Shown: one piece after another, positions 18,878 through 27,580 of the stretch
Layout of the letters: every line of letters starts with the position of its first letter
Numbering within the stretch: the first letter of the stretch is position 1
NCBI GenBank assembly: GCA_024277355.1
Contig: JAJRVL010000005.1
Span: forward strand, 76,870 to 108,869
Direction of reading: 5' to 3'
Length of the DNA stretch: 32,000 bases
Source of the DNA: an archaeon
GTDB taxonomy: Archaea; Iainarchaeota; Iainarchaeia; Iainarchaeales; 1-14-0-10-31-34
Translations under genes and position numbers: made by a program
The notes under the pieces: model-generated
What the model saw: the letters and a program-made list of their open reading frames with translations, nothing else
Databases searched by the model: none
What the model was told of the DNA's origin: nothing

Positions 18878-20671
18878 TTATTTAAGTATTGGAGTTGATT
18901 TTATTACACAGCAGTTTCCTGTTGAACAATAGTATTCTGGTCCTGTAATTAATTCTCTTTCTGGTTCAGCTATTGTTGTTGGGCAAGGGTCTGAGTGATA
19001 TGGTATAATGCATTTTCCTGAGTTTGCTTCGCAAGTGCAAGTTGAATCTTGTGAGTCTGTTAATCCATCACAGTTGTCGTCTATTCCGTTTCCGCAAACT
19101 TCTGGTTTGCTTGGGTTAATGTTTGAGTTTGAGTCATCACAGTCTGTAGTGTTGCTACTATTTCCACAAGAATAATATCCATCTTCATCTCTGTCTCTGC
19201 ATATTTCTATTAATGCCCCTGATTCATTTGTATCTAAAACAGTTATTGTCATATTGTTTAGATTATCTGTGTATGTTTCATTTTTTTCTAAATATGCAAA
19301 ATTATTTGAGGTCTCATAACAAATTTCTTTATCCCCTCCATTGGGGTCTTCATAGCATACTTGCTTATTCGGATTCATTGTAAGTGCTAAAGTATTATAA
19401 TAAATATCGGGAGAAAACTCATCTTCGCCTAACCGTATAAGAACTCCTTCTGTTTCATAGTAATCCATGCCTATCTGAAATTCAATAGGACTCCGATAAT
19501 CTAAATAATAATTGGTCATTCCATGCTCTGCAATAGGAACAACATAATCAACATAATAAGGCCATGTTTGATAATGATTAACATCAACCTCTGTATTCAT
19601 ATCCCAAATAATTGGAATTTTTAATCCTTTTATATCAGAAGCCCCTAGTAAAGGAAACTCCAAATTAGAAATAAAAAATGTTCCTTGCTCTACCTCAGGA
19701 ACATTTTCACTGTCAAGCCAGTTAAGGCGAGTTAATTTGGTTGCAACATTAGGGTGTTGTCTTCTAGTTGAATATCCCATTGGATCATAAAAGTCCCCAT
19801 ATTCCCAAAACCAGCACATAGGTCCTAAAGGCGTTCGATTGGGAACATCTCCACAAAGAAGTAATGTTGCATGGCTAAGACCAAAAGTATGCCCTAATTC
19901 ATGAATAAAGGCAGTTTTAATAAGAGGATATTTTACACTATCAGTCTTCATATACATTGTTGGCATTATCCCTCCAGATCCTAAATTCCATCTAAAATTA
20001 TTATAATATATTATTCCAGCATATTCAGTTAAATCAACTTCAGCTTCTATTTGTGGTTTAATTATGTAATGCACGTAATTGAAAAAATTAGAAAAATTAG
20101 TGTCTTCAGGCAAAATCAAATCCCCAAAATACTCTCCTAAAAAACTTGCTTTACCATATGAAGCAGTTTCAATATAAGCATCTATTTCAACAAAAGTTGA
20201 GTTAATATTCAATTCAAAATTTGGAGGAATACTTTCATCAGGAAGTCTCAATAAAACTGCTAAATACTTTTGCTCTCCTAGAACTCCTTCTGAAGAGCTT
20301 TTTTCAAGCGAGCTTTTTTCAAGCCTGTCAATTATTTTAAAAGATTTAACGAAAATTTTTGTTCCTTTAAGCTGACCTTCAACATTCAATTTTACCGCCT
20401 TAAAATTTCTAAAAAAATATTTTTCGAACTCAAGTTCATATATTTTATCTTTGCTATGCAAATAATAAAGATAATCTGCTTTATTGTTTTCAAAATCATC
20501 AACAACAATAATCTCCAAATTTCCTGTAATTTCAGTTAACTCTTGTGTCGGTTCAGTGATTTTTGTGTCATCGGTTAATGTTTTTATTGCTTCTCCGTCA
20601 GGGTTTTCTGTACACCCAGAAAATATAATAATTAAAACTAAAATAAGCAATGCAATAATGTTTTTGTTCAT
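18878..20671 (-). CDS. Secreted metzincin-type metalloprotease-like lipoprotein with MopE-like Asp/Cys-rich repeat
   Basis: Signal/lipobox LIIIFSGCTENPD; HELGHTFGLSH (HEXXHXXGXXH) with downstream Met-turn-like YDPMGYS; DRDEDGYYSCGNSSNTTDCDDSNSNINPSKPEVCGNGIDDNCDG. Confidence 0.85.
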   Translation of the reverse strand: MNKNIIALLILVLIIIFSGCTENPDGEAIKTLTDDTKITEPTQELTEITGNLEIIVVDDFENNKADYLYYLHSKDKIYELEFEKYFFRNFKAVKLNVEGQLKGTKIFVKSFKIIDRLEKSSLEKSSSEGVLGEQKYLAVLLRLPDESIPPNFELNINSTFVEIDAYIETASYGKASFLGEYFGDLILPEDTNFSNFFNYVHYIIKPQIEAEVDLTEYAGIIYYNNFRWNLGSGGIMPTMYMKTDSVKYPLIKTAFIHELGHTFGLSHATLLLCGDVPNRTPLGPMCWFWEYGDFYDPMGYSTRRQHPNVATKLTRLNWLDSENVPEVEQGTFFISNLEFPLLGASDIKGLKIPIIWDMNTEVDVNHYQTWPYYVDYVVPIAEHGMTNYYLDYRSPIEFQIGMDYYETEGVLIRLGEDEFSPDIYYNTLALTMNPNKQVCYEDPNGGDKEICYETSNNFAYLEKNETYTDNLNNMTITVLDTNESGALIEICRDRDEDGYYSCGNSSNTTDCDDSNSNINPSKPEVCGNGIDDNCDGLTDSQDSTCTCEANSGKCIIPYHSDPCPTTIAEPERELITGPEYYCSTGNCCVIKSTPILK

Positions 20672-20693
20672 CTAACTTATTTTACAAGTTAGT

Positions 20694-20706
20694 CAAATAT
20701 AAATTT
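20694..20706 (-). promoter_or_regulatory. Candidate archaeal BRE/TATA (AAATTTATATTTG)
   Basis: Lies about 25-35 bp upstream of the 20671 start codon, consistent with a leaderless or short-leader transcript. Confidence 0.45.
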
Positions 20707-20757
20707 AACTTAAAAAAGCATCAAATTCTAACTATTTTAGGTTTTTTCCGCTTATTG

Positions 20758-20880
20758 TTAAAGTTTACCTATTGCATTCAAAAGTTTTTTGTGTCCTTTA
20801 ATAAGATTATTGAATTCTTCTATTTCTTCTGAAACAATTTTGTATTTTTCTTTATCTTTTAAATTCTTTAATTTTGCCAT
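20758..20880 (-). CDS. Small hypothetical protein (40 aa) overlapping the 3' end of the Doc-like gene
   Basis: MAKLKNLKDKEKYKIVSEEIEEFNNLIKGHKKLLNAIGKL; 29-nt overlap with 20852..21244; too short for the track. Confidence 0.45.
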   Translation of the reverse strand: MAKLKNLKDKEKYKIVSEEIEEFNNLIKGHKKLLNAIGKL

Positions 20881-21244
20881 TTTTTATCCACTCCTTTATT
20901 TCTTTATTGGAATAATATTCTTCTCTTATTCCCAAAAGAACTCTGGCATTTTCAGGGTTATCTTTCACTCCAATTTTTTTGCTGTTAATTACAAGAAAAT
21001 ATTTTACAGCAATAAACGCAGTTCTTCGGTTTCCGCTTGCAAAAGCATGAGCCTGAACCAGCCCTTTGAGCAGAATGACTGCTTTATCAAATAAATCTCC
21101 GTTAAGTTTTTCGCAATTCTTTGCAACATCTAAAATTTTTTTTCCACTTAATACTTTTGGTGAATCAGCTTTTTTTACTTTTATTAAATTTAAAGCCAGT
21201 AAATTAAATTCAATTATTTTTTCAACTGAAATATATTTAACCAT
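20852..21244 (-). CDS. doc: Death-on-curing (Doc)/Fic-family protein
   Basis: GKKILDVAKNCEKLNGDLFDKAVILLKGLVQAHAFASGNRRTAFIAVKYFL; Fic/Doc H-x-F-x(2)-G-N-R-R-T motif. Confidence 0.85.
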   Translation of the reverse strand: MVKYISVEKIIEFNLLALNLIKVKKADSPKVLSGKKILDVAKNCEKLNGDLFDKAVILLKGLVQAHAFASGNRRTAFIAVKYFLVINSKKIGVKDNPENARVLLGIREEYYSNKEIKEWIKNGKIKEFKR

Positions 21245-21308
21245 AAAAAGTAAATGAATAAACTAATTAATAATATTAGGCACTAACCTGAATCAAAACA
21301 AAGTATAA

Positions 21309-21713
21309 TCAAATTCTAATTGTTACTTTAATTTTGTTTTTTCCGCTTTTTTTGTATTCTTCTATTGCTTTATCTAAAACTCTTTTGCCTAAAGTCATAC
21401 ATTTAATTCTTGTCTGGATTATTCCACCAAGCATTTCATTTAATTCTTTATCTGAAATTTTTTTGATTTCTTTAATTGTTTTTCCTAAAACTTTTTCTGT
21501 TAATAAAGAAGAAGACGCTGTACTTATCGCGCACCCATGTCCTTTGAATTTAATATCTTTCACTTTGTTATTTTCAATTTTAATAGTAAAAATAACTAAG
21601 TCTCCGCAGGAAGGGTTTCCGCCTTCAGCTTTAATATTAAAATTTTTTAATTCTCCGTAATTTAACGGGTTTTTGTATAAATCTAAAATTAATTCAGAGT
21701 AAATTTCATTCAT
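21309..21713 (-). CDS. sufU: Iron-sulfur scaffold protein, IscU/SufU-like
   Basis: GNPSCGDLVIFTIKIENNKVKDIKFKGHGCAISTASSSLLTE...RIKCMTLG. Confidence 0.9.
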   Translation of the reverse strand: MNEIYSELILDLYKNPLNYGELKNFNIKAEGGNPSCGDLVIFTIKIENNKVKDIKFKGHGCAISTASSSLLTEKVLGKTIKEIKKISDKELNEMLGGIIQTRIKCMTLGKRVLDKAIEEYKKSGKNKIKVTIRI

Positions 21714-21716
21714 AGT

Positions 21717-22931
21717 TTAATCAACTTTAAATATTTTTTTTACTTCTTTTATTCCTTCAATAAACTTGTCTGCATCTTCTTTTGTATTATACAAATAAAA
21801 GCTTGCTCTTGCAGTTCCTTTAATTCCTAATTCTTCCATTAAAGGCTGAGCGCAATGATTTCCGCTTCTGATTGCAATTCCTTTTCGGTCTAAAACAGAA
21901 GAAACATCATGAGGATGCACTCCTTTAACATTAAAAGAAATTATCCCTAATTTATTTTTTTCTGGACCAAAAATTTCTATTCCATCAATTTCCTGCATTT
22001 CTTTTGTTGCATAATTCAATAATTTTTGTTCATGTTTGTCAATTTCTTCAATTCCAATTCTTTCCAAATACTTTAATGCAATCCTAAATCCAATTCCGCC
22101 TGCAATATTTGGTGTGCCTGCCTCAAATTTCCATGGCAAAGAATTCCAGTAACTTTTTTCACATGAAACTTTTGAAATCATATCTCCTCCAGTCATAAAA
22201 GGAGGCATTTCTTCAAGCAATTCTTCTTTTCCATATAACACTCCAATTCCAGTCGGTCCCAACATTTTATGCGAAGAAAAAGCAATAAAATCTACATTTA
22301 ATTTTTTTACATTAATTTTTTTATGCTGAACAAATTGTGCTGCATCAATTATTGTTAAAGCATCAGCGTCTTTTCCCTGCTTAACTAATTTTTTTATGTC
22401 ATTAACTGTTCCTAAAACATTTGATGCTCCTGTAAACGCAAAAATTTTAGGTTTAAATGAAAGTTTTTCTTCTAAATCTTTTTCATTTAATTTTCCATCT
22501 TTTGTTACTTCAACAAACTCAACTTTAATTCCTTTTCTCTTTAACTGCTGCCATGGAACAATATTTGAATGATGCTCTATTTTTGTAGTTAAAACAACAT
22601 CATTTTTTTTAAGTTTTTCTCCTAAAGAAAAAGAAAGCAAATTAATTGATTCAGTTGTATTTTTTGTAAAAATTATTTCTTCCATTTTTTTTGCTTTAAT
22701 AAATTCAGCGGTTTCTTTATGGGCTTCTTCATACAAATCTGTGCTTTCTCTGCTTAATTCATATCCGCCTCTATGAACATTAGCGTTATTGTTTTCATAA
22801 TAACAGTTTACTGCTTCAATAACCTGAATTGGTTTTTGAGTAGTAGCACTATTATCTAAATAAACTAATTCAAATCCATTAATTTTCTTTTTTAAAATAG
22901 GAAAATCTTCTTTTATTTTTTTTATATTCAT
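21717..22931 (-). CDS. sufS: Cysteine desulfurase
   Basis: YLDNSATTQKP..., TKNTTESINLL, AFSSHKMLGPTGIGVLYGKEELL, AIRSGNHCAQPLM. Confidence 0.95.
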   Translation of the reverse strand: MNIKKIKEDFPILKKKINGFELVYLDNSATTQKPIQVIEAVNCYYENNNANVHRGGYELSRESTDLYEEAHKETAEFIKAKKMEEIIFTKNTTESINLLSFSLGEKLKKNDVVLTTKIEHHSNIVPWQQLKRKGIKVEFVEVTKDGKLNEKDLEEKLSFKPKIFAFTGASNVLGTVNDIKKLVKQGKDADALTIIDAAQFVQHKKINVKKLNVDFIAFSSHKMLGPTGIGVLYGKEELLEEMPPFMTGGDMISKVSCEKSYWNSLPWKFEAGTPNIAGGIGFRIALKYLERIGIEEIDKHEQKLLNYATKEMQEIDGIEIFGPEKNKLGIISFNVKGVHPHDVSSVLDRKGIAIRSGNHCAQPLMEELGIKGTARASFYLYNTKEDADKFIEGIKEVKKIFKVD

Positions 22932-22975
22932 TTTGATTCCTTTTCTTTAATTTTTTTTCTCAATTTTATTTTTTT

Positions 22976-24157
22976 TTATTGAATTTCTTTTTCCTTAATT
23001 ATTTCTCTTATTTCATTTTGTATTTTATTACTGCTTATTTTTGCTGTTATTGGCTCTAAGTAACCCTCAATAATTAATTTTTTTGCTTTTTCTTTATTTA
23101 TTCCTCTGCTTGTTAAATAAAACAATTCTTCTTCATTAAAGTTTCCAAACGAACTTCCATGCCCTGCAATTACATCATTTGTGTTAATTTCTAATGTAGG
23201 CAGAGAATTTGCTTTAACTTTTTCTCCAATCATTAAAGTATTTGAATGCCAATTACTTTCTGAATTATCTGCTTTATTCATTACTTTTAATAATCCTCTA
23301 ATCACTGTGTTGCTTGAATCTTTTACAACTGAATTAATTAAAACTTTAGAAAAAGTATTTTTTTCAAGATGTGTAATGTTTGATTCAACATCTATTTCTT
23401 GTGTTTTATTTCCAAAAAAGCATGCAAAACTGTTTGTTTTTGAGTTTTCTTCTGCTAAAACTATATTTATTTTTTGTTTAACTGTTTTTCCTCCAAAAGA
23501 AACATTAAAAAAATTTAATAAAGCATTTTTTTCCAATAAAGCTTTTTTGTTTGAAAAAACAAACCCTTTATCTGAAATATTCTGCAATGAAACAATTTCA
23601 GCTTTTGCATTTTCTCCAATTAAAATTTCACTTACATCTTTATGCAGAAATTCTGTTTTGTTTTTTGTTAAATGTTTTTCTATTATTTTTATTTCAGAAT
23701 TTTCTTCCAATACGATAATTAAATGAAAAAAATTACTCAATGAATTTCCATTAAATTCAATTGTTATTTCTCCTGCTTTTTTGTTTTTTCCGACAAACAC
23801 AAACACTCCGTCTTTCCATAAAGCATAATGCAATGCATCTAATTTTGTTTCAGTAAAATGCACGCTTTTTCCAAAAAACTTTTTCACTAAATTTTCATTT
23901 TCTTTTATTGCTTTTCCAAGTGGTTTTACAATCAAATCGTTTTCATTTATTTCCTTTATTTTAAGAATGCTTTTTTTAGGCATTACTTCAAATTTTTTTA
24001 AATCAAAATCATTAAATTTCATTAAATGTTTTATTCCAGGGGAATCAGGTTTTTCAAGCAAAGGAATTTTTTCAAAAATATTAATTGCGTTTTTTCTTAA
24101 TTCTCTAATCCATTCAGGTTCTTGTTTTTCTTTTATTTCTAATGTTATTTCTTTCAT
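22976..24157 (-). CDS. sufD: SUF system FeS assembly protein SufD
   Basis: SufB/D family ORF in a suf operon; SNSHWNSNTLMIGEKVKANSLPTLEINTNDVIAGHGSSFGNFNEEELFYLTSRGI-type C-terminus. Confidence 0.88.
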   Translation of the reverse strand: MKEITLEIKEKQEPEWIRELRKNAINIFEKIPLLEKPDSPGIKHLMKFNDFDLKKFEVMPKKSILKIKEINENDLIVKPLGKAIKENENLVKKFFGKSVHFTETKLDALHYALWKDGVFVFVGKNKKAGEITIEFNGNSLSNFFHLIIVLEENSEIKIIEKHLTKNKTEFLHKDVSEILIGENAKAEIVSLQNISDKGFVFSNKKALLEKNALLNFFNVSFGGKTVKQKINIVLAEENSKTNSFACFFGNKTQEIDVESNITHLEKNTFSKVLINSVVKDSSNTVIRGLLKVMNKADNSESNWHSNTLMIGEKVKANSLPTLEINTNDVIAGHGSSFGNFNEEELFYLTSRGINKEKAKKLIIEGYLEPITAKISSNKIQNEIREIIKEKEIQ

Positions 24158-24158
24158 T

Positions 24159-25589
24159 TTATCCCACTGTTGGAAGTTTTGACATTTCTAAATTAATTAA
24201 TCTTGAAAATTCAACTGCAAATTCCAATGGGATTTCTTTTGCAATTTCATTTAAAAATCCTAAAACAATTAAACTCATTGCTTCTTCTTCTTTTAATCCA
24301 CGGCTTCTCAAATAAAAAATTTGTTCTTCATTAATTTTGTTTACAGTTGCTTCATGAGTAAAAGTTGCAGTTGATTCATTTATTTCATTATGAGGATAAG
24401 TGTCTGAAACACTTCCCTGTTTATCTAAAATTAATGCATCACAACTTACATGACTTTTAGCGTTTTTTGCTCCTTTGTTTATTCTGACTAATCCTCTGTA
24501 AACTCCTTTTCCGCCTCTCATTGAAATACTTTTAGCTAAAATTTTACTTGTTGTATTTTTTCCTATATGAATTACTTTTGCTCCGCTGTCTTTCCATGTT
24601 TTATCTGCTCCAAAAGCAATGTTTAAATGGTTTGCACTTGCTCCTTCTCCGGTTAAAACTGAACAAGGATAAAGCATTGTAATATATGAACCCAAACTTC
24701 CGCCAACCCATTCCATTTTAGCGTTTTTTCCAACTAAAGCTCTTTTAGTATTCAAATTGTAGACATTCTTGCTCCAGTTCTGAACTGTTGTATATCTTAC
24801 TTTTGCATTATCTTTAACATAAATTTCTACGACAGCTGAATGCAAAGAGTAATCAGAAAATTTTGGAGCAGTACACCCTTCAATATAATGAACTTTGCTT
24901 CCTTTTTCTGCAACAATTATTGTATGTTCAAATTGTCCTTCTTTTTCTGAATTCATTCTAAAATATGTCTGCAAAGGCAAATCAATTTCAACTCCTTTTG
25001 GAACATAAAGAAAAGAGCCTCCACTCCATACACTTGCATGCAAAGCAGAAAACTTATTATCTGTTACTGGAACTGCTTTCATAAAATATTCTTTTACTAT
25101 TTCCGGATGCTTTTGCATTGCAGTATCCATATCCATAAATAATACTCCTTTGTCTTCCCATTGTTTTTTTATGTTATGATAAACTGCATCACTTTCATAT
25201 TGTGCTACACTTCCGGCCAAATATTTTTGTTCTGCTTCAGGAATTCCTAATTTGTCAAATGTTTCTTTTATTTCTTTTGGGACGTCTTTCCAGTTTCTTG
25301 CATTTTTTGCTTTTGGTTTAATAAAATAAGAAATTTCATTGAAATCTATTCCGCTTAAATTCGGCCCCAAGTCAGGCAGAGGTTTTTCCTGAAAAACTTT
25401 AAATGCCTTTAATCTTATTTCCCTCATCCATTCAGGTTCTTTTTTCATGTCAGACATTTTATGAATTAATTCTTTATCATAACCTTTTTTTGCTTTAAAT
25501 GCTGTTTCTGATTTAGTAATAAAATTATATTTGTTGTCTTCTTGTTTTCTTAATTTTGCTAATTCATTAAACACTTTTTTATGAGACAT
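24159..25589 (-). CDS. sufB: SUF system FeS assembly protein SufB
   Basis: VQNWSKNVYNLNTKRA..., EWVGGSLGSYITMLYPCSVLTGEGA, KSISMRGGKGVYRGLVRI, HEATVNKINEEQIFYLRSRGL. Confidence 0.95.
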   Translation of the reverse strand: MSHKKVFNELAKLRKQEDNKYNFITKSETAFKAKKGYDKELIHKMSDMKKEPEWMREIRLKAFKVFQEKPLPDLGPNLSGIDFNEISYFIKPKAKNARNWKDVPKEIKETFDKLGIPEAEQKYLAGSVAQYESDAVYHNIKKQWEDKGVLFMDMDTAMQKHPEIVKEYFMKAVPVTDNKFSALHASVWSGGSFLYVPKGVEIDLPLQTYFRMNSEKEGQFEHTIIVAEKGSKVHYIEGCTAPKFSDYSLHSAVVEIYVKDNAKVRYTTVQNWSKNVYNLNTKRALVGKNAKMEWVGGSLGSYITMLYPCSVLTGEGASANHLNIAFGADKTWKDSGAKVIHIGKNTTSKILAKSISMRGGKGVYRGLVRINKGAKNAKSHVSCDALILDKQGSVSDTYPHNEINESTATFTHEATVNKINEEQIFYLRSRGLKEEEAMSLIVLGFLNEIAKEIPLEFAVEFSRLINLEMSKLPTVG

Positions 25590-25633
25590 TATTTCAACTC
25601 TTTTTTAATTCCTTTTTCACTTATTTTTTTTCA

Positions 25634-26380
25634 TTATTTCCCTTCAGTTAAAAAATCATATCCTTTTTCATTTATTTCTAAAGCTAAATCAAAATTTCCT
25701 GACTTAATTATTTTTCCGTTATGCATTATATGAACAAAATCCGGGTTAACATAATTTAATATTCTTTCATAATGAGTAATTATCAGAAATGCGTTATTTT
25801 TGTTTTTCATTGAATTGATTCCTTCTGCAACTATTTTTAATGCATCAACATCTAATCCTGAATCAATTTCATCTAATATTGCTAATTTTGGTTTTAACAT
25901 TAACATTTGAAGTATTTCATTCCTTTTTTTTTCTCCTCCACTAAAACCAGTATTCAGATATCTTTCGCTTAAATCATTCATTTTAATTTTTGCTGAAACA
26001 GAATTTAATTCTTTTTTGAATTCCAAAACATTAATTGTTTTTTCATTTCTTGCTTTTTTTGCTTCATTTACTGCTGTTTTAATAAAAGTTGAATTTTTTA
26101 TTCCGGGAATCTCGCTTGGATACTGAAAAGCTAAAAACAATCCTTTTTGTGCTCTTTCTTCAGGAGTCATTTTCAGTATTTCTTTTCCTTCAAATAATGC
26201 TTTTCCGCTTTTAACTTCAAATAAAGGATGTCCCATTAATACATTAGCTAAAGTGCTTTTTCCTGAACCATTTAATCCCATTATTGCATGGGTTTCTCCT
26301 TTGTTTATTTTCAAATTAACTCCTTTAAGTATTTCTTTATTTTCAATGCCTGCTTTTAATTCTTTTATTTCCAACAACAT
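25634..26380 (-). CDS. sufC: SUF system ATPase SufC
   Basis: MGLNGSGKSTLANVLMGHP (Walker A), FSGGEKKRNEILQMLMLKPKLAILDEIDSGLDVDALK. Confidence 0.95.
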   Translation of the reverse strand: MLLEIKELKAGIENKEILKGVNLKINKGETHAIMGLNGSGKSTLANVLMGHPLFEVKSGKALFEGKEILKMTPEERAQKGLFLAFQYPSEIPGIKNSTFIKTAVNEAKKARNEKTINVLEFKKELNSVSAKIKMNDLSERYLNTGFSGGEKKRNEILQMLMLKPKLAILDEIDSGLDVDALKIVAEGINSMKNKNNAFLIITHYERILNYVNPDFVHIMHNGKIIKSGNFDLALEINEKGYDFLTEGK

Positions 26381-26392
26381 TTTTTCACTCCT

Positions 26393-26740
26393 TTATTTTC
26401 TTGTACGAGAAACAGCTTTGATTTTTCCGCAGTTATTTCCACAGAAGTTTGTTACATGTTCATCTATTACAGAAAAAATGTCTTCTCCTTTTTCAATGCT
26501 TTTAAGTATTCCTGCTTTTAAAGAATAAACTCTTGTTTTGCCTTTTGTTTCTGATTTAACAAAATTACATGATTTTAATACTTTTAAAGAATGGCTTAAT
26601 CTGCTTTGTTCTACTTTGAATTTATCTGATAATTCTAAAACAGTTTTTGGTTTTTTCTTTAATTCTTTTAATACTTTAATCCTTAATTCGTTGCTTAAAG
26701 TTTCAAAGCATAAATTATATTGTCCTGAATTAGCCTTCAT
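26393..26740 (-). CDS. ArsR/SufR-like HTH regulator heading the suf operon
   Basis: FETLSNELRIKVLKELKKKPKTVLELSDKFKVEQSRLSHSLKVLKSCNFV...; C-terminal NFCGNNCGK cysteine motif. Confidence 0.78.
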   Translation of the reverse strand: MKANSGQYNLCFETLSNELRIKVLKELKKKPKTVLELSDKFKVEQSRLSHSLKVLKSCNFVKSETKGKTRVYSLKAGILKSIEKGEDIFSVIDEHVTNFCGNNCGKIKAVSRTRK

Positions 26741-26758
26741 ATGAAATATAATTCATAT
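26739..26758. promoter_or_regulatory. Inverted repeat ATATGAA-N6-TTCATAT overlapping the regulator start codon
   Basis: Perfect 7-bp arms; lies between the 26740 start codon and an AT-rich TATA-like tract (26763-26775). Confidence 0.4.
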
Positions 26759-26802
26759 ATTGTTTATATTTATATGGTTTAATTATAAAAACCGAAAACC
26801 AG

Positions 26803-27348
26803 TTATTTCCATTTAATATTACAGCCTATTGAAGGTTCTTCTTTGATAGTTACTTCTTTTCTTTCATTTAACTGCTGTAAGGCATCTTCTATTTCTGCAG
26901 TAGTTCCTTCTTCGTGTTCATACATATGTGCGTCATCTAATCTGCCGTGGTAGACTAGTTTGTGTTCTGAATTAAACAAAAAAGAATCAGGAGTACATTC
27001 TGCGCCGTAATCTTTAGCTGTTTTTTGTGTGTTGTCGTCTAAATACAAAAACTTAAAGTTTCCTGTTTCAGCATATTCTTTCATGTTTTCAAATGAATCT
27101 TCTTCTATTACTTCTGAATTAGAATTAATTCCAATAACTTGTAAGTCATTAAACTTTTCTTGCAGTTCACTTAAATAATCAAATTTTGGCTGAACATAAG
27201 GGCAGTGATTGCACATAAAAACTATAAGTAGATTTTTTCCCTTAAATTCTTCTAATAAATGTGTTTTGTCATCAATTCCTTTAAGTGAAAATTCAGGAGC
27301 TAAATCCCCTTTTTTTAGTTTGTCGTATTTTGAATATGTAAGAACCAT
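26803..27348 (-). CDS. Thioredoxin/peroxiredoxin-family protein
   Basis: LKKGDLAPEFSLKGID..., LLIVFMCNHCPYVQPKFDYL..., TPDSFLFNSEHKLVYHGRLDD. Confidence 0.87.
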   Translation of the reverse strand: MVLTYSKYDKLKKGDLAPEFSLKGIDDKTHLLEEFKGKNLLIVFMCNHCPYVQPKFDYLSELQEKFNDLQVIGINSNSEVIEEDSFENMKEYAETGNFKFLYLDDNTQKTAKDYGAECTPDSFLFNSEHKLVYHGRLDDAHMYEHEEGTTAEIEDALQQLNERKEVTIKEEPSIGCNIKWK

Positions 27349-27500
27349 AAAAATATTTGTGTTCCTTAAACTTTAAAATAATTGGTTTTTTTCTTAGTTG
27401 TGTTTTAGCTTTCTGCTTTTTGTTTTTCTAACTTTTTTTTCATTTCTGAAGAAAGTTTGTTTGGAAAACAAATTTTTTCTTTTATCAAAGTTTGATTCTA

Positions 27501-27514
27501 TTAGGTGTGCCTTA
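27501..27514. promoter_or_regulatory. Candidate operator TTAGG-TGTG-CCTTA upstream of nrdA
   Basis: Near-palindrome recurring at 27554 and 31978. Confidence 0.5.
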
Positions 27515-27553
27515 TTTTCGTTAAGCTTTTTAAACTTATTCTGCTTTCAACAG

Positions 27554-27567
27554 TTAGGGAAACCTAA
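27554..27567. promoter_or_regulatory. Candidate operator TTAGG-GAAA-CCTAA upstream of nrdA
   Basis: Perfect palindrome, 53 bp centre-to-centre from the first site; TATA-like CTTTTTAAA lies between them. Confidence 0.5.
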
Positions 27568-27580
27568 TGAGAGTGATTTT

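Noticed and set aside
21281-21297. TTAGGCACTAACCTGA as another copy of the nrd/dcd palindrome
   Set aside because: Spacer length and the second half-site differ from TTAGG-N4-CCTWA; could be chance.
23181-24182. Plus-strand ORFs 23181..23726 (181 aa) and 23967..24182
   Set aside because: Antisense to well-supported sufD; long only because of codon bias on the opposite strand.
27398-27580. N-terminal extension of the nrdA ORF from 27398
   Set aside because: MCFSFLLFVFLTFFSF... is unlike NrdA; the ATP-cone start MKITKRTGEVTEF at 27581 fits and leaves a promoter region.
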